A DNA stretch of 64,000 nucleotides from Butyrivibrio sp. (GTDB lineage Bacteria; Bacillota; Clostridia; Lachnospirales; Lachnospiraceae), in contig JBGVLM010000007.1 in the NCBI GenBank assembly GCA_045124255.1, forward strand, positions 9,382 through 73,381. The letters are read 5' to 3'. The translations under genes were made by a program, and so were the position numbers. The notes beneath the pieces are model-generated. The model saw only the letters and a list, made by a program, of their open reading frames with translations. It did no database searches and was not told where the DNA came from. Positions 37,264 through 44,881 of the stretch are shown here, piece by piece (positions within the stretch are counted from its first letter, which is position 1; each line of letters opens with the position of its first letter).

Positions 37264-38295
37264 TTACTCCGTCTGGGCATAATCAGGATTTGCAAGGCAG
37301 AAATCCAGATACTGACTGTGAACGCCAAGTGCATAATCATGTCCGTAGCCGGCATATGCACCCGGAACCGAATGCATCACCTCACCCTTTCTGTTGAGAT
37401 AAACGGTATTCGGATAGCCTGTTATGGTCTCACAATAACCATCACTCATACTATCATTATAGATAAGGCACGGATATGTAATTCCCATTTCCGCAATCAA
37501 TGATTCTGCCACTGATTTGTAATAATCTCCCTCAGCATTTATTACAACACTGAAAATCTGAACACTCTTACCTGCGTAATTCTGCTTAAGGTCTTCCAAT
37601 ACAGGCATCTCCAGCTTGCAGTAACCGCACCATGTCGCCCAGAAAATAACAATGTTAACATCTGCTTTGGTGAAAATTTCCTGTGTATATGTTTTACCGT
37701 CAAGACTCTGAACACTAAATGTTTTAAGTGCTCCGTTATCCGCACTTATTGCAGGTGCCGCCGTTGTAGTCTCTGCTTCCGTTGTCCTGGTCGTTGACTG
37801 CTCTGCTGTCTGCTTTGTGGTTGCCTTTTCCGTTGCCGCAGTTTCTGTCGTTTTCGTAGTTGCAGGCTGTGTAGTCGCCGCTTCTGTCGTTTTCGTGGTT
37901 GCAGGCTGTGTCGTTGCCTTCTCCGTTACCTTCTCGGTTGTTTTCTCCGTTGTTTTCTCCGTTGTCGCTTTTTCTGTCGGCTTAACTGTCGCCTGCTCAG
38001 TAACCATCGGCTCCGTCTCAGTCTGTAGTGCTGACTCCTCCTGCGATTCAGAATCCGCCGTAGTGTCCTTAGAAACAGCTTCATCATCCTCTCCGGTTGT
38101 CATTCCTTCGCCGGATTCCTCTGCCTTATTCTCATCCGCCTTCGCAGCTTCCCTTGAGCTTTCCAGTTCTCTTTCAATTGATTCAAAATCAGGTACAACT
38201 GAAGCCAGATTCTCCTGCTGCGGGGCCACTCTGGTACACGCGCTTAATAATAAAGCTCCTGTCATTGCCGCAATAATAAGTTTTCTTCTAATCAT
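37264..38295 (-). CDS. TlpA/ResA-like thioredoxin-fold lipoprotein with long Thr/Glu/Ala-rich linker
   Basis: Lipobox LLLSAC, a low-complexity linker (TEKATTEKTTEKTTEKVTEKATTQPATTKTTEAATTQPATTKTTE), and the redox motif WATWCGYCK. Confidence 0.85.
   Translation of the reverse strand: MIRRKLIIAAMTGALLLSACTRVAPQQENLASVVPDFESIERELESSREAAKADENKAEESGEGMTTGEDDEAVSKDTTADSESQEESALQTETEPMVTEQATVKPTEKATTEKTTEKTTEKVTEKATTQPATTKTTEAATTQPATTKTTETAATEKATTKQTAEQSTTRTTEAETTTAAPAISADNGALKTFSVQSLDGKTYTQEIFTKADVNIVIFWATWCGYCKLEMPVLEDLKQNYAGKSVQIFSVVINAEGDYYKSVAESLIAEMGITYPCLIYNDSMSDGYCETITGYPNTVYLNRKGEVMHSVPGAYAGYGHDYALGVHSQYLDFCLANPDYAQTE
37810..37985 (-). repeat. In-frame tandem repeats (39-nt and 12-nt units) encoding the T/E/K/A-rich linker
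   Basis: TTCTGTCGTTTTCGTrGTTGCAGGCTGTGT appears twice (about 37843 and 37882), followed by GTTGTTTTCTCC-type 12-mers. Confidence 0.75.
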
Positions 38296-38391
38296 TATAT
38301 CTGCTCCTCTCTGAAATAATGGTTATTTATGGATAAATTATATAACATTTTATAAAATAAATCAATAATAGGATTCATTATTATTTTATTT

Positions 38392-39210
38392 TTATAATAA
38401 ATTTCTTAAAAGCCACCGCGCTACTCCGTCCTCATTATTCCCTCCTATAATTCCCGTCGCAATTCTTTTAAGTTCATCCACCGCATTATCAACTGCATAG
38501 CATTCATCGGAACGCTCAAACATTGGTATGTCATTAACTGCGTCTCCGAAGGATACAACCCTGTCACAGTCCCACAGCTTTTTCAGTTTCTCTATTGCAT
38601 TAGCCTTTGTCGCATTCACGGGCATGATTTCAAACCAGTATTCATCATTATAAATATCCTGCTGAAATGTACACCTGTATCTCTTATCACTGCGAAAAAT
38701 ATTATACAGAGGTTCAAGCTCCTCTTTATCCCCAATAAAGGTAAAATAAAAAACATTCCCCTGATACAGGCCGTCATCAGCACCTAACGGCTGCATTCTT
38801 CTGTCACCCTTACGACTGTTAAGGTAACGTGCAACTCCCTCATTGACCTTCGTATCAACATAAAGCACTTTCTCTATATTATCAATAAAGGTATAGACTA
38901 ACGGGCTTACATTAAAATCTGACACGATATTTTGAACATATTCTATTTCTTCCCTGTTAAACCATTCTGACGCAATAATTTTTCCATTTGAGGAATCAAA
39001 AATAAATGCTCCGTTATATGCGATAACGGGAATCTCTGTTGTCAGCCCCTGCGTTACAACGCTCGCCGACACCAGTGAACGGGCAGTTGCATAAGTAAAA
39101 AGCATACCCTTTTTTACAAGGGAATTAATTGTATTAACAGTATAATTACTTAATCTGACATCTGAATTAAGTAATGTTCCGTCCAAATCCGATACATAAA
39201 GAGTTCTCAT
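38392..39210 (-). CDS. Cof-type HAD-IIB family hydrolase
   Basis: MRTLYVSDLDGTLLN (DxDGT motif I) and a C-terminal GDAVNDIPMF (motif IV). Confidence 0.85.
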   Translation of the reverse strand: MRTLYVSDLDGTLLNSDVRLSNYTVNTINSLVKKGMLFTYATARSLVSASVVTQGLTTEIPVIAYNGAFIFDSSNGKIIASEWFNREEIEYVQNIVSDFNVSPLVYTFIDNIEKVLYVDTKVNEGVARYLNSRKGDRRMQPLGADDGLYQGNVFYFTFIGDKEELEPLYNIFRSDKRYRCTFQQDIYNDEYWFEIMPVNATKANAIEKLKKLWDCDRVVSFGDAVNDIPMFERSDECYAVDNAVDELKRIATGIIGGNNEDGVARWLLRNLL

Positions 39211-39277
39211 ATAATTTTTCCGTTTCTTAAAATTTATTTCGACGAAACCCTTGGCACATCAATTTTACACTTTCGTT

Positions 39278-39982
39278 TTAAAAATGCAGTCTCCGCCTTA
39301 CCGCATTTCTTATTCGTTTATGGGAAAGCATTGTAATAAAAGTAATATCCAGTATCACACACACTACAACAACAATCATTGACCACATAAGATGTATCTT
39401 ATTACTGATATATCTGTCTATAAGAATTTCAAGTCCGAGGCATATCGTGCCTGTCATTGTAAATATCTCCAATGCCATTGTAAGAAATGTCACGGGAAGC
39501 TTCCTGATACATACAACGAAAATTTCAAGGATTGCCGTTATAAATAATGTTATATACAACGCAAGCTCCCAAAACCATCTGTCATCAGCAGTCAGAAACG
39601 TAATCAGAAAAAGATAAATCCCTACTGCCAATCCGTCAAGCAGGATTGCAATATAAGGAGGCAGCTTCCGGCAAATAAGCACAGGTATAAAAAGCACCCA
39701 CAGCATAAAGCATGCTCCGATTACCGTAATTGCCCATGGAAATCCCTTTAAAACGAAAAGATTCAGCAGACCGCAGGTTATAGCCGTTGCAACAAGAACA
39801 ACCGAAATAAGAACTCCAATATCCCTGCTGCTGACTTCCTCAACCCTTCCCTTTTCCTGAGGGAAAGAGTTATCCATATTCTTTAATTCAGTTACTCTCG
39901 GATTTATAACCGGCGTGTTGCACAGAGGGCACTGCTTAACGGAATTATCAAGCTCAACTCCGCAGTTAACACAATATGACAT
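39278..39982 (-). CDS. Zinc-ribbon membrane protein (DUF6320-like)
   Basis: N-terminal CVNCGVEL..CPLCNT zinc ribbon, then about 6 TM helices. Confidence 0.6.
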   Translation of the reverse strand: MSYCVNCGVELDNSVKQCPLCNTPVINPRVTELKNMDNSFPQEKGRVEEVSSRDIGVLISVVLVATAITCGLLNLFVLKGFPWAITVIGACFMLWVLFIPVLICRKLPPYIAILLDGLAVGIYLFLITFLTADDRWFWELALYITLFITAILEIFVVCIRKLPVTFLTMALEIFTMTGTICLGLEILIDRYISNKIHLMWSMIVVVVCVILDITFITMLSHKRIRNAVRRRLHF

Positions 39983-39983
39983 T

Positions 39984-41276
39984 TTATCTTCCCTCCCTGT
40001 TACTCTCTATTTTGACGTGAATACCGTCCTGAACCAGCTTCGTAAAAAAATAACGCTCCACATCCGCTTCAACAATACTGCTGGCAAAATTAATTGTCAA
40101 TATATCCTCAAAGCTGATTATAGCACAATTCGTTCTCCTTGAAAAAGGCTGTCCCATATAAATATCAAACCGCTCAATATACGGTTTCATGTTCTCAGGC
40201 ACCTTTAATGCACCCATATTGGTAAGTCCTGCCGAGGAATTTCTGTCCTGAACCCTGGTATAAAAGGTTTTAACTACAAAATCCTTAATAAATAACGGCA
40301 CAACCCTTATAATCGGATTTCTCTGTGCAGAAGCATTGGTTGTTATGTCTCCGCGCAGGAATTTTTCATTAATATAGTATCTCATATGATTGTGAACATG
40401 TGCCACAATTTCATCAAAGCTGTATTCTCCAAGCCTTGGGTCAATTCCCGGATAAATCATTGAAATAAAATTACGCAGCGTCTTTGACGGAAAGAATCTT
40501 CTTAAATTAACCGGCATCGCTATTCTGACGGGCTTTAAACGGTATGCACCGTCAGCCTCCTGTTTACGAAGCAATGCATATAAGAGCACGGCATTAAGAT
40601 ATTCCGTTATTGTCGCCTTGTATTTAGCCGCCACAGTCTGAACCTGTTTAACCGACATAATTCCGTCAATTATATTAAGTGTATAGAACGGCTCTTTCGT
40701 GCCCCGAACCCTGTAGGTCTTATCCATCGGTCTCGGAGGACATACCTTTGAATTAGCGTATTTCATATATGCGTCCTCAAGTTCTCCGGGGTCGGGCTTC
40801 TCATTAATATCCATTACAAAATAACTGTTATCTATTTCCCTGCCAAGCAGCCTTAAATACTGTGCCGTCAGAGTCTGCAGCACACACATTCCGCCCGTTC
40901 CGTCACCAAGGCTGTGATGTGCCTCAAAGGAAATCCTGTTTTCATAATAATAGACCCTGACTAAATATCTGTTATTGGATTTAAAAGACATTGGCATACA
41001 CGGATTCTTAATATCAAGCTGCACAAACGGTCCCGGTCTGTCATTGGGCTCTAAATACCTCCAGAAAAGTCCCTTTCGTATTGAGGACTTATAAGTCGGA
41101 AATCTCGGCAGTGTCATATCAAGAGCCTGCTGAAGAATATCCGGCTTAACAGCCTCCTTTAACAACACCGAAATTCTGTATACTGATGAAAAATCCCTGC
41201 GCTGCAGGGTCGGATACACCGTTGCTGATAAATCCAGCTTATACCAGATTGATTGGTTTTTCTTATCTTTTTTCAT
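39984..41276 (-). CDS. Condensation-domain-like acyltransferase (alcohol acetyltransferase / PapA5-WS/DGAT-like)
   Basis: 430 aa with the catalytic HHSLGDGTG (HHxxxDG) motif. Its stop is 1 nt from the start of the zinc-ribbon membrane protein gene. Confidence 0.7.
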   Translation of the reverse strand: MKKDKKNQSIWYKLDLSATVYPTLQRRDFSSVYRISVLLKEAVKPDILQQALDMTLPRFPTYKSSIRKGLFWRYLEPNDRPGPFVQLDIKNPCMPMSFKSNNRYLVRVYYYENRISFEAHHSLGDGTGGMCVLQTLTAQYLRLLGREIDNSYFVMDINEKPDPGELEDAYMKYANSKVCPPRPMDKTYRVRGTKEPFYTLNIIDGIMSVKQVQTVAAKYKATITEYLNAVLLYALLRKQEADGAYRLKPVRIAMPVNLRRFFPSKTLRNFISMIYPGIDPRLGEYSFDEIVAHVHNHMRYYINEKFLRGDITTNASAQRNPIIRVVPLFIKDFVVKTFYTRVQDRNSSAGLTNMGALKVPENMKPYIERFDIYMGQPFSRRTNCAIISFEDILTINFASSIVEADVERYFFTKLVQDGIHVKIESNREGR

Positions 41277-41345
41277 ATTCGACCTGATTTCTAATTTTTT
41301 AAGAATTAAATAATACTATATTTTATCGCAACAAATCCCATATCG

Positions 41346-41849
41346 TCATCTCATTCGCCCTAACCTTTGAAATTCTCGATATTCGTGTAATGCATTCATT
41401 AAGACTTGCATATCTGAAAAGTATTCTGTTACAAATTCATAATTCTTTACATTATTAAACTTTAATGTTGACTTACAATAAATACTGGGCTTTAATTTAG
41501 GATTCTTCCGTGCTTCTCTCTCGTAATCTTTATACTTTTTCTCATTACAGATAATCAGCTTTTCGATTTCCGGAGCAGTTATTACGTTTTTTACATCTAC
41601 TTTTTTCTCATACGCCTTACTCAACTTAAACCTCTCACCACGAGAATCCAATATACGATAAATTGTAATTTTCTCTGTAAAACCTTTTCTTAAATACCTT
41701 TCCTCGAATTCCTTACCGCCTCTGCATCTTAATAGTTCTTCCTCTATCAAATCTTTGCGTTCAAAAATCAATTTGTGATTATCAAGCAACAAATCCAATA
41801 TTGCTCTTTCTGCGCCGCCTTCGCAAATACATGCTATATATTTTCCCAT
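41346..41849 (-). CDS. Small protein (167 aa), putative Toprim/RloB/DUF4276-like effector partner of the upstream ATPase
   Basis: N-terminal strand plus acidic motif YIACICEGGAERAILDLLL, central ITIYRILDSRGE, and later ITAPEIEKLIICNE. AAGGAGG RBS, 15 nt after the ATPase stop. A/T-rich. The family assignment is tentative. Confidence 0.5.
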   Translation of the reverse strand: MGKYIACICEGGAERAILDLLLDNHKLIFERKDLIEEELLRCRGGKEFEERYLRKGFTEKITIYRILDSRGERFKLSKAYEKKVDVKNVITAPEIEKLIICNEKKYKDYEREARKNPKLKPSIYCKSTLKFNNVKNYEFVTEYFSDMQVLMNALHEYREFQRLGRMR

Positions 41850-41864
41850 ACTGCAGCCTCCTTA

Positions 41865-43019
41865 TTATGCACTAGTCAGTACTTTTTTAAGTGACATGTA
41901 TGCTTCATATGACGGTACAGTACCTCCAATATAATCGCTATCATATACCTCGCTTTTTTTGATATCATTTCTTTTCAAAGCATTCGACAAATTCTCTGCA
42001 CTGATTCCTTCTTTATTTCTAACTATATAAATGCTGTCATTTCTATCGAATTCATCTAATAATTCTGAGTAATGTGTTGAAAAAATAATCGTTGCATTTT
42101 TCTTATTCACTTTTCTGTCAATGAAAAATCTAATTAATGTAGCTACAATTTCTCTGTTAAAATGATTCTCTATTTCATCAACAATAAGATATCCACCCTC
42201 AGCAAATGCAAATGCTGCACTCATAAATACCCCTAAACCTTTTATCGTTCCCGATGAAAGATAATTTTCCAGGATTCTCGGATTATTAATAACAATTTCT
42301 TCATTTCCATAAAATTTCAATCGGATATCAACTTTCTTTTCCTTTAAATTACACTCGAGATATTCTATACCAGGATCCAAAAAAGTTAAGAGTTCTTTAG
42401 GAAATCTGCCAAGAACATTCAAAATATTATGATCTGTCCATTCCAACATATCACGAATAAAAATACTTGTATTTTTTTTCTTATTCTCTGCAACAATAAT
42501 ACTGACATCATCCATTAAATATTGTTCATTTATATCCCTTTTTTCTTTTAAATCGGAGTCATCAAAATCAAACAGACTCTTCTTTGTTTTTATTTTACTA
42601 ATTTCTTTCGACCACAATTTTTCGTCTCGAATAATCAACTTTTCGTTGCCATCCGAAGCATTTACTTCCTTTCCAATAAAAGACTCTAACTTATTTACAT
42701 AAGTCCCATCAAAGAAAAATGATGTAATAATAACCTGCTGCTCACCATTGATATCATCCAAAATTGTTTTTGACTGAATATTGTTTATTGACTCATTATT
42801 CAACATCTTCATAACAAATGAGATTGCTTTTAGTATTGTTGTTTTTCCGGATGCATTTATACCAACAAACGAAATAGCTTTATTTACATATATATTTGTA
42901 AACAAATTGCACAGTCGTTCTTTATCAGCATCATCAACTCTTTGCTTTGCTACAAAATCAATATCTAAAACATCTTTAAAATGCGGCAACCCTTCTATTG
43001 TTAATTTTAAAATTTTCAT
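41865..43019 (-). CDS. Soluble ABC/SMC-like ATPase (AAA_21-type), no transporter partner
   Basis: Walker A GINASGKTT (K59), signature-like LSSGTIKGL, Walker B YLIVDEIENH (D281/E282), H-loop IIFSTHYSELL. The N-terminus MKILKLTIEGLPHF is typical of this ATPase class. Confidence 0.8.
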   Translation of the reverse strand: MKILKLTIEGLPHFKDVLDIDFVAKQRVDDADKERLCNLFTNIYVNKAISFVGINASGKTTILKAISFVMKMLNNESINNIQSKTILDDINGEQQVIITSFFFDGTYVNKLESFIGKEVNASDGNEKLIIRDEKLWSKEISKIKTKKSLFDFDDSDLKEKRDINEQYLMDDVSIIVAENKKKNTSIFIRDMLEWTDHNILNVLGRFPKELLTFLDPGIEYLECNLKEKKVDIRLKFYGNEEIVINNPRILENYLSSGTIKGLGVFMSAAFAFAEGGYLIVDEIENHFNREIVATLIRFFIDRKVNKKNATIIFSTHYSELLDEFDRNDSIYIVRNKEGISAENLSNALKRNDIKKSEVYDSDYIGGTVPSYEAYMSLKKVLTSA

Positions 43020-43064
43020 GGCATTCTCCTATTTTATTTACGAATATCGTGTTTTTACCTTTAC

Positions 43065-43093
43065 ATTATATCCAATCTCTAATATATATTCAA
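43065..43093 (-). promoter_or_regulatory. Near-consensus promoter of the ATPase cassette (TTGAAT-17-TATAAT)
   Basis: On the minus strand: TTGAATatatattagagattggaTATAAT. The -35 is at 43088-43093 and the -10 at 43065-43070. It lies immediately downstream of the csp-like stop codon. Confidence 0.6.
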
Positions 43094-43142
43094 TATTTAT
43101 TTACGCATGTTTCGTTTTTATTTTCCTTGATTTTATAATCTT

Positions 43143-44834
43143 CTACCTACCTGGTATGCTCTCCTCCACGCACAGCCGTCCCCAGCCGGTCCTTGTCGAG
43201 GGGACCGGTTCTCCTGCAAGCGGTATGGCACCTTTTATCAGATATGCCTTGACCTTTTCCCCGTACATAAATGCATCATTTCCCTTTATTATTCCCCATT
43301 CCATAAGTAATGCCGCACTCCCTGTCACAAAAGGCGCAGCCATTGAGGTCCCCGTCCGCTGAACGTAGCCTCCTCCGACTGCTGCCGACATTATGTTCAC
43401 GCCCGGTGCCACAAGGTCCGGCTTAACCGTCTCGATTCTTCTGGTATTGCCCCTTCCCGAAAAAGCAGCATAGGCGTTGGTTCTCGCATTATATGCCCCC
43501 ACGGAAATAACATTGTAGGCAGTTGACGGAATCGTAAGCGTAGTATCGGGTGAATTCACGGTAAAACCGGTATTACGGCTTATAAACGCGGATGACGGAA
43601 GCCATACGTCAAACTGACCGTTTTTAATCTGAAGCGGTTCAAGCTGTAGCTTCCAGATTCCGCTGTCAATATAATCTCCCCGCGGAATAAACTGAATGAA
43701 AATCTCCTGTGCAGTACTGTAGGGTGCCGGTTCTCCGTAGTAAACATATATTAACGTATTCTGATAAGCCAGTTCAGTAACCGTCCGTTCCTTGGATATA
43801 GGGCCGAGCCGCTGTCCGTCCGGTGCAATTATCCATAGAAAAAAAGTATCCGAATAATTTTTCCACAGTTGTACATCCAAGGACAGTTCATTTTCCCCTA
43901 TTCCTAATTCCACAGTATTAACTTTGCCAGTAAGTTCACCTGCGTAATGGATGCCCATTGCCGCATCGTTGCCCGTGCCTACTGCAAACACATTTTTCCA
44001 TACTCCGGAAACTGCATTAATATAGCTTTCCAATAAAGAATTTCCGTCATGAGCGCCATAATTATTTCCTATGCTCAGATTAATCGCAACCGGCTTTTCA
44101 AGGGCGGAGGCAGTTTTTACAACATAATCAATTCCCTCCATAAGTCTTGCAGTATTGTTAAATTCATCTTCACCAAGCCGTACCACAATTAATTCCGATT
44201 TATACGCAACTCCCCTGTATCTTCCGTCGGACGCCCTTCCGTTACCTGCCGCAATTCCTGCCACATGCGTTCCATGACCGCTTGCATCACTTATTGGAAT
44301 TAACTCCCTTCGTAAAGAAGCATCAGATGTCATTAAAGCCTTATTAATTGTATCCCTTGAATATACAATTCCGCTCCTTTCATCATAAATTGACTGAATC
44401 CTTGTACTGCCATCCTCATTGCGAAAATCAGGATGCGTATAATCAATGCCACTGTCAATTATTCCTACCATAACACCTTCTCCCGACAGATTATAGGGAT
44501 TGACCCATACGGGTGATATGCATGCGGCCGTAACGGAATAATCCAGCTCATACGAAAGTCTTTTGGGTTTCTCAATAAAAATAACTTCCGCAAGGGCTGC
44601 CAGCTCGTCTATACGGTTCTCATATATCCGAACCAGCGCATAGCCCTGCGAAAGTTCCTTAATACTGTTTATAATACCTTCTGCTGCCACAGCCAGATTA
44701 CCTGAATATCTGATTATAAGCTCCCATTCGTTAAGCATGGAATCATATCCTGTATTCAGATTTGTGGTCCGTTTCCTCTCGCTGTCAGGCAGCATAAGTG
44801 CAAGATTTAATTCATTATCCCGTTTTTGATTCAT
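43143..44834 (-). CDS. Subtilisin-family (S8) serine protease, Csp-like germination protease
   Basis: Intact catalytic triad: GIIDSGIDYTHPDF (D), GHGTHVAGIAAGNG (H), GTSMAAPFVTGSAALL (S). The N-terminal prodomain pattern WELIIRYSGNL...ALVRIYENRIDELAALAEVIFIEKPKRL and the 563-aa size match clostridial CspB-type proteases. Confidence 0.75.
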   Translation of the reverse strand: MNQKRDNELNLALMLPDSERKRTTNLNTGYDSMLNEWELIIRYSGNLAVAAEGIINSIKELSQGYALVRIYENRIDELAALAEVIFIEKPKRLSYELDYSVTAACISPVWVNPYNLSGEGVMVGIIDSGIDYTHPDFRNEDGSTRIQSIYDERSGIVYSRDTINKALMTSDASLRRELIPISDASGHGTHVAGIAAGNGRASDGRYRGVAYKSELIVVRLGEDEFNNTARLMEGIDYVVKTASALEKPVAINLSIGNNYGAHDGNSLLESYINAVSGVWKNVFAVGTGNDAAMGIHYAGELTGKVNTVELGIGENELSLDVQLWKNYSDTFFLWIIAPDGQRLGPISKERTVTELAYQNTLIYVYYGEPAPYSTAQEIFIQFIPRGDYIDSGIWKLQLEPLQIKNGQFDVWLPSSAFISRNTGFTVNSPDTTLTIPSTAYNVISVGAYNARTNAYAAFSGRGNTRRIETVKPDLVAPGVNIMSAAVGGGYVQRTGTSMAAPFVTGSAALLMEWGIIKGNDAFMYGEKVKAYLIKGAIPLAGEPVPSTRTGWGRLCVEESIPGR

Positions 44835-44881
44835 ATAAAGCCTTTTTATTTATATGTATTCAAAAAACGCCGTTCTTGATA

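Noticed and set aside
37817-38314. 165-aa plus-strand ORF rich in V/S/F repeats; also 62358-62711 and 17330-17608
   Set aside because: These are mirror images of the in-frame T/E/P-rich linker repeats of minus-strand surface and lipoprotein genes. The repetitive translation is an artefact of the repeat DNA.
43031-43120. Imperfect direct repeat TTATTTACG(n)ATnT-CGTTTTTA (about 43034 and about 43096) flanking the cassette promoter, considered as insertion-site duplication or operator sites
   Set aside because: It lies in very A/T-rich DNA with only about 9 contiguous matches, and both copies are on the same side of the cassette, so they cannot be target-site duplications. It is mentioned only as a possible regulator site without support.
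42781-43362. 193-aa plus-strand ORF spanning the junction between the ATPase cassette and the csp-like gene
   Set aside because: It is antisense to two well-supported minus-strand genes and crosses their intergenic promoter. Its composition (F/I/S-rich) is typical of antisense translation of A/T-rich DNA.
44835-44881. Sporulation sigma-factor (SigE/SigG-type) promoter upstream of the csp-like gene
   Set aside because: GAATA and CATATAAAT-like elements are present, but their spacing does not fit the known consensus, and the region is too short and A/T-rich for a confident call.
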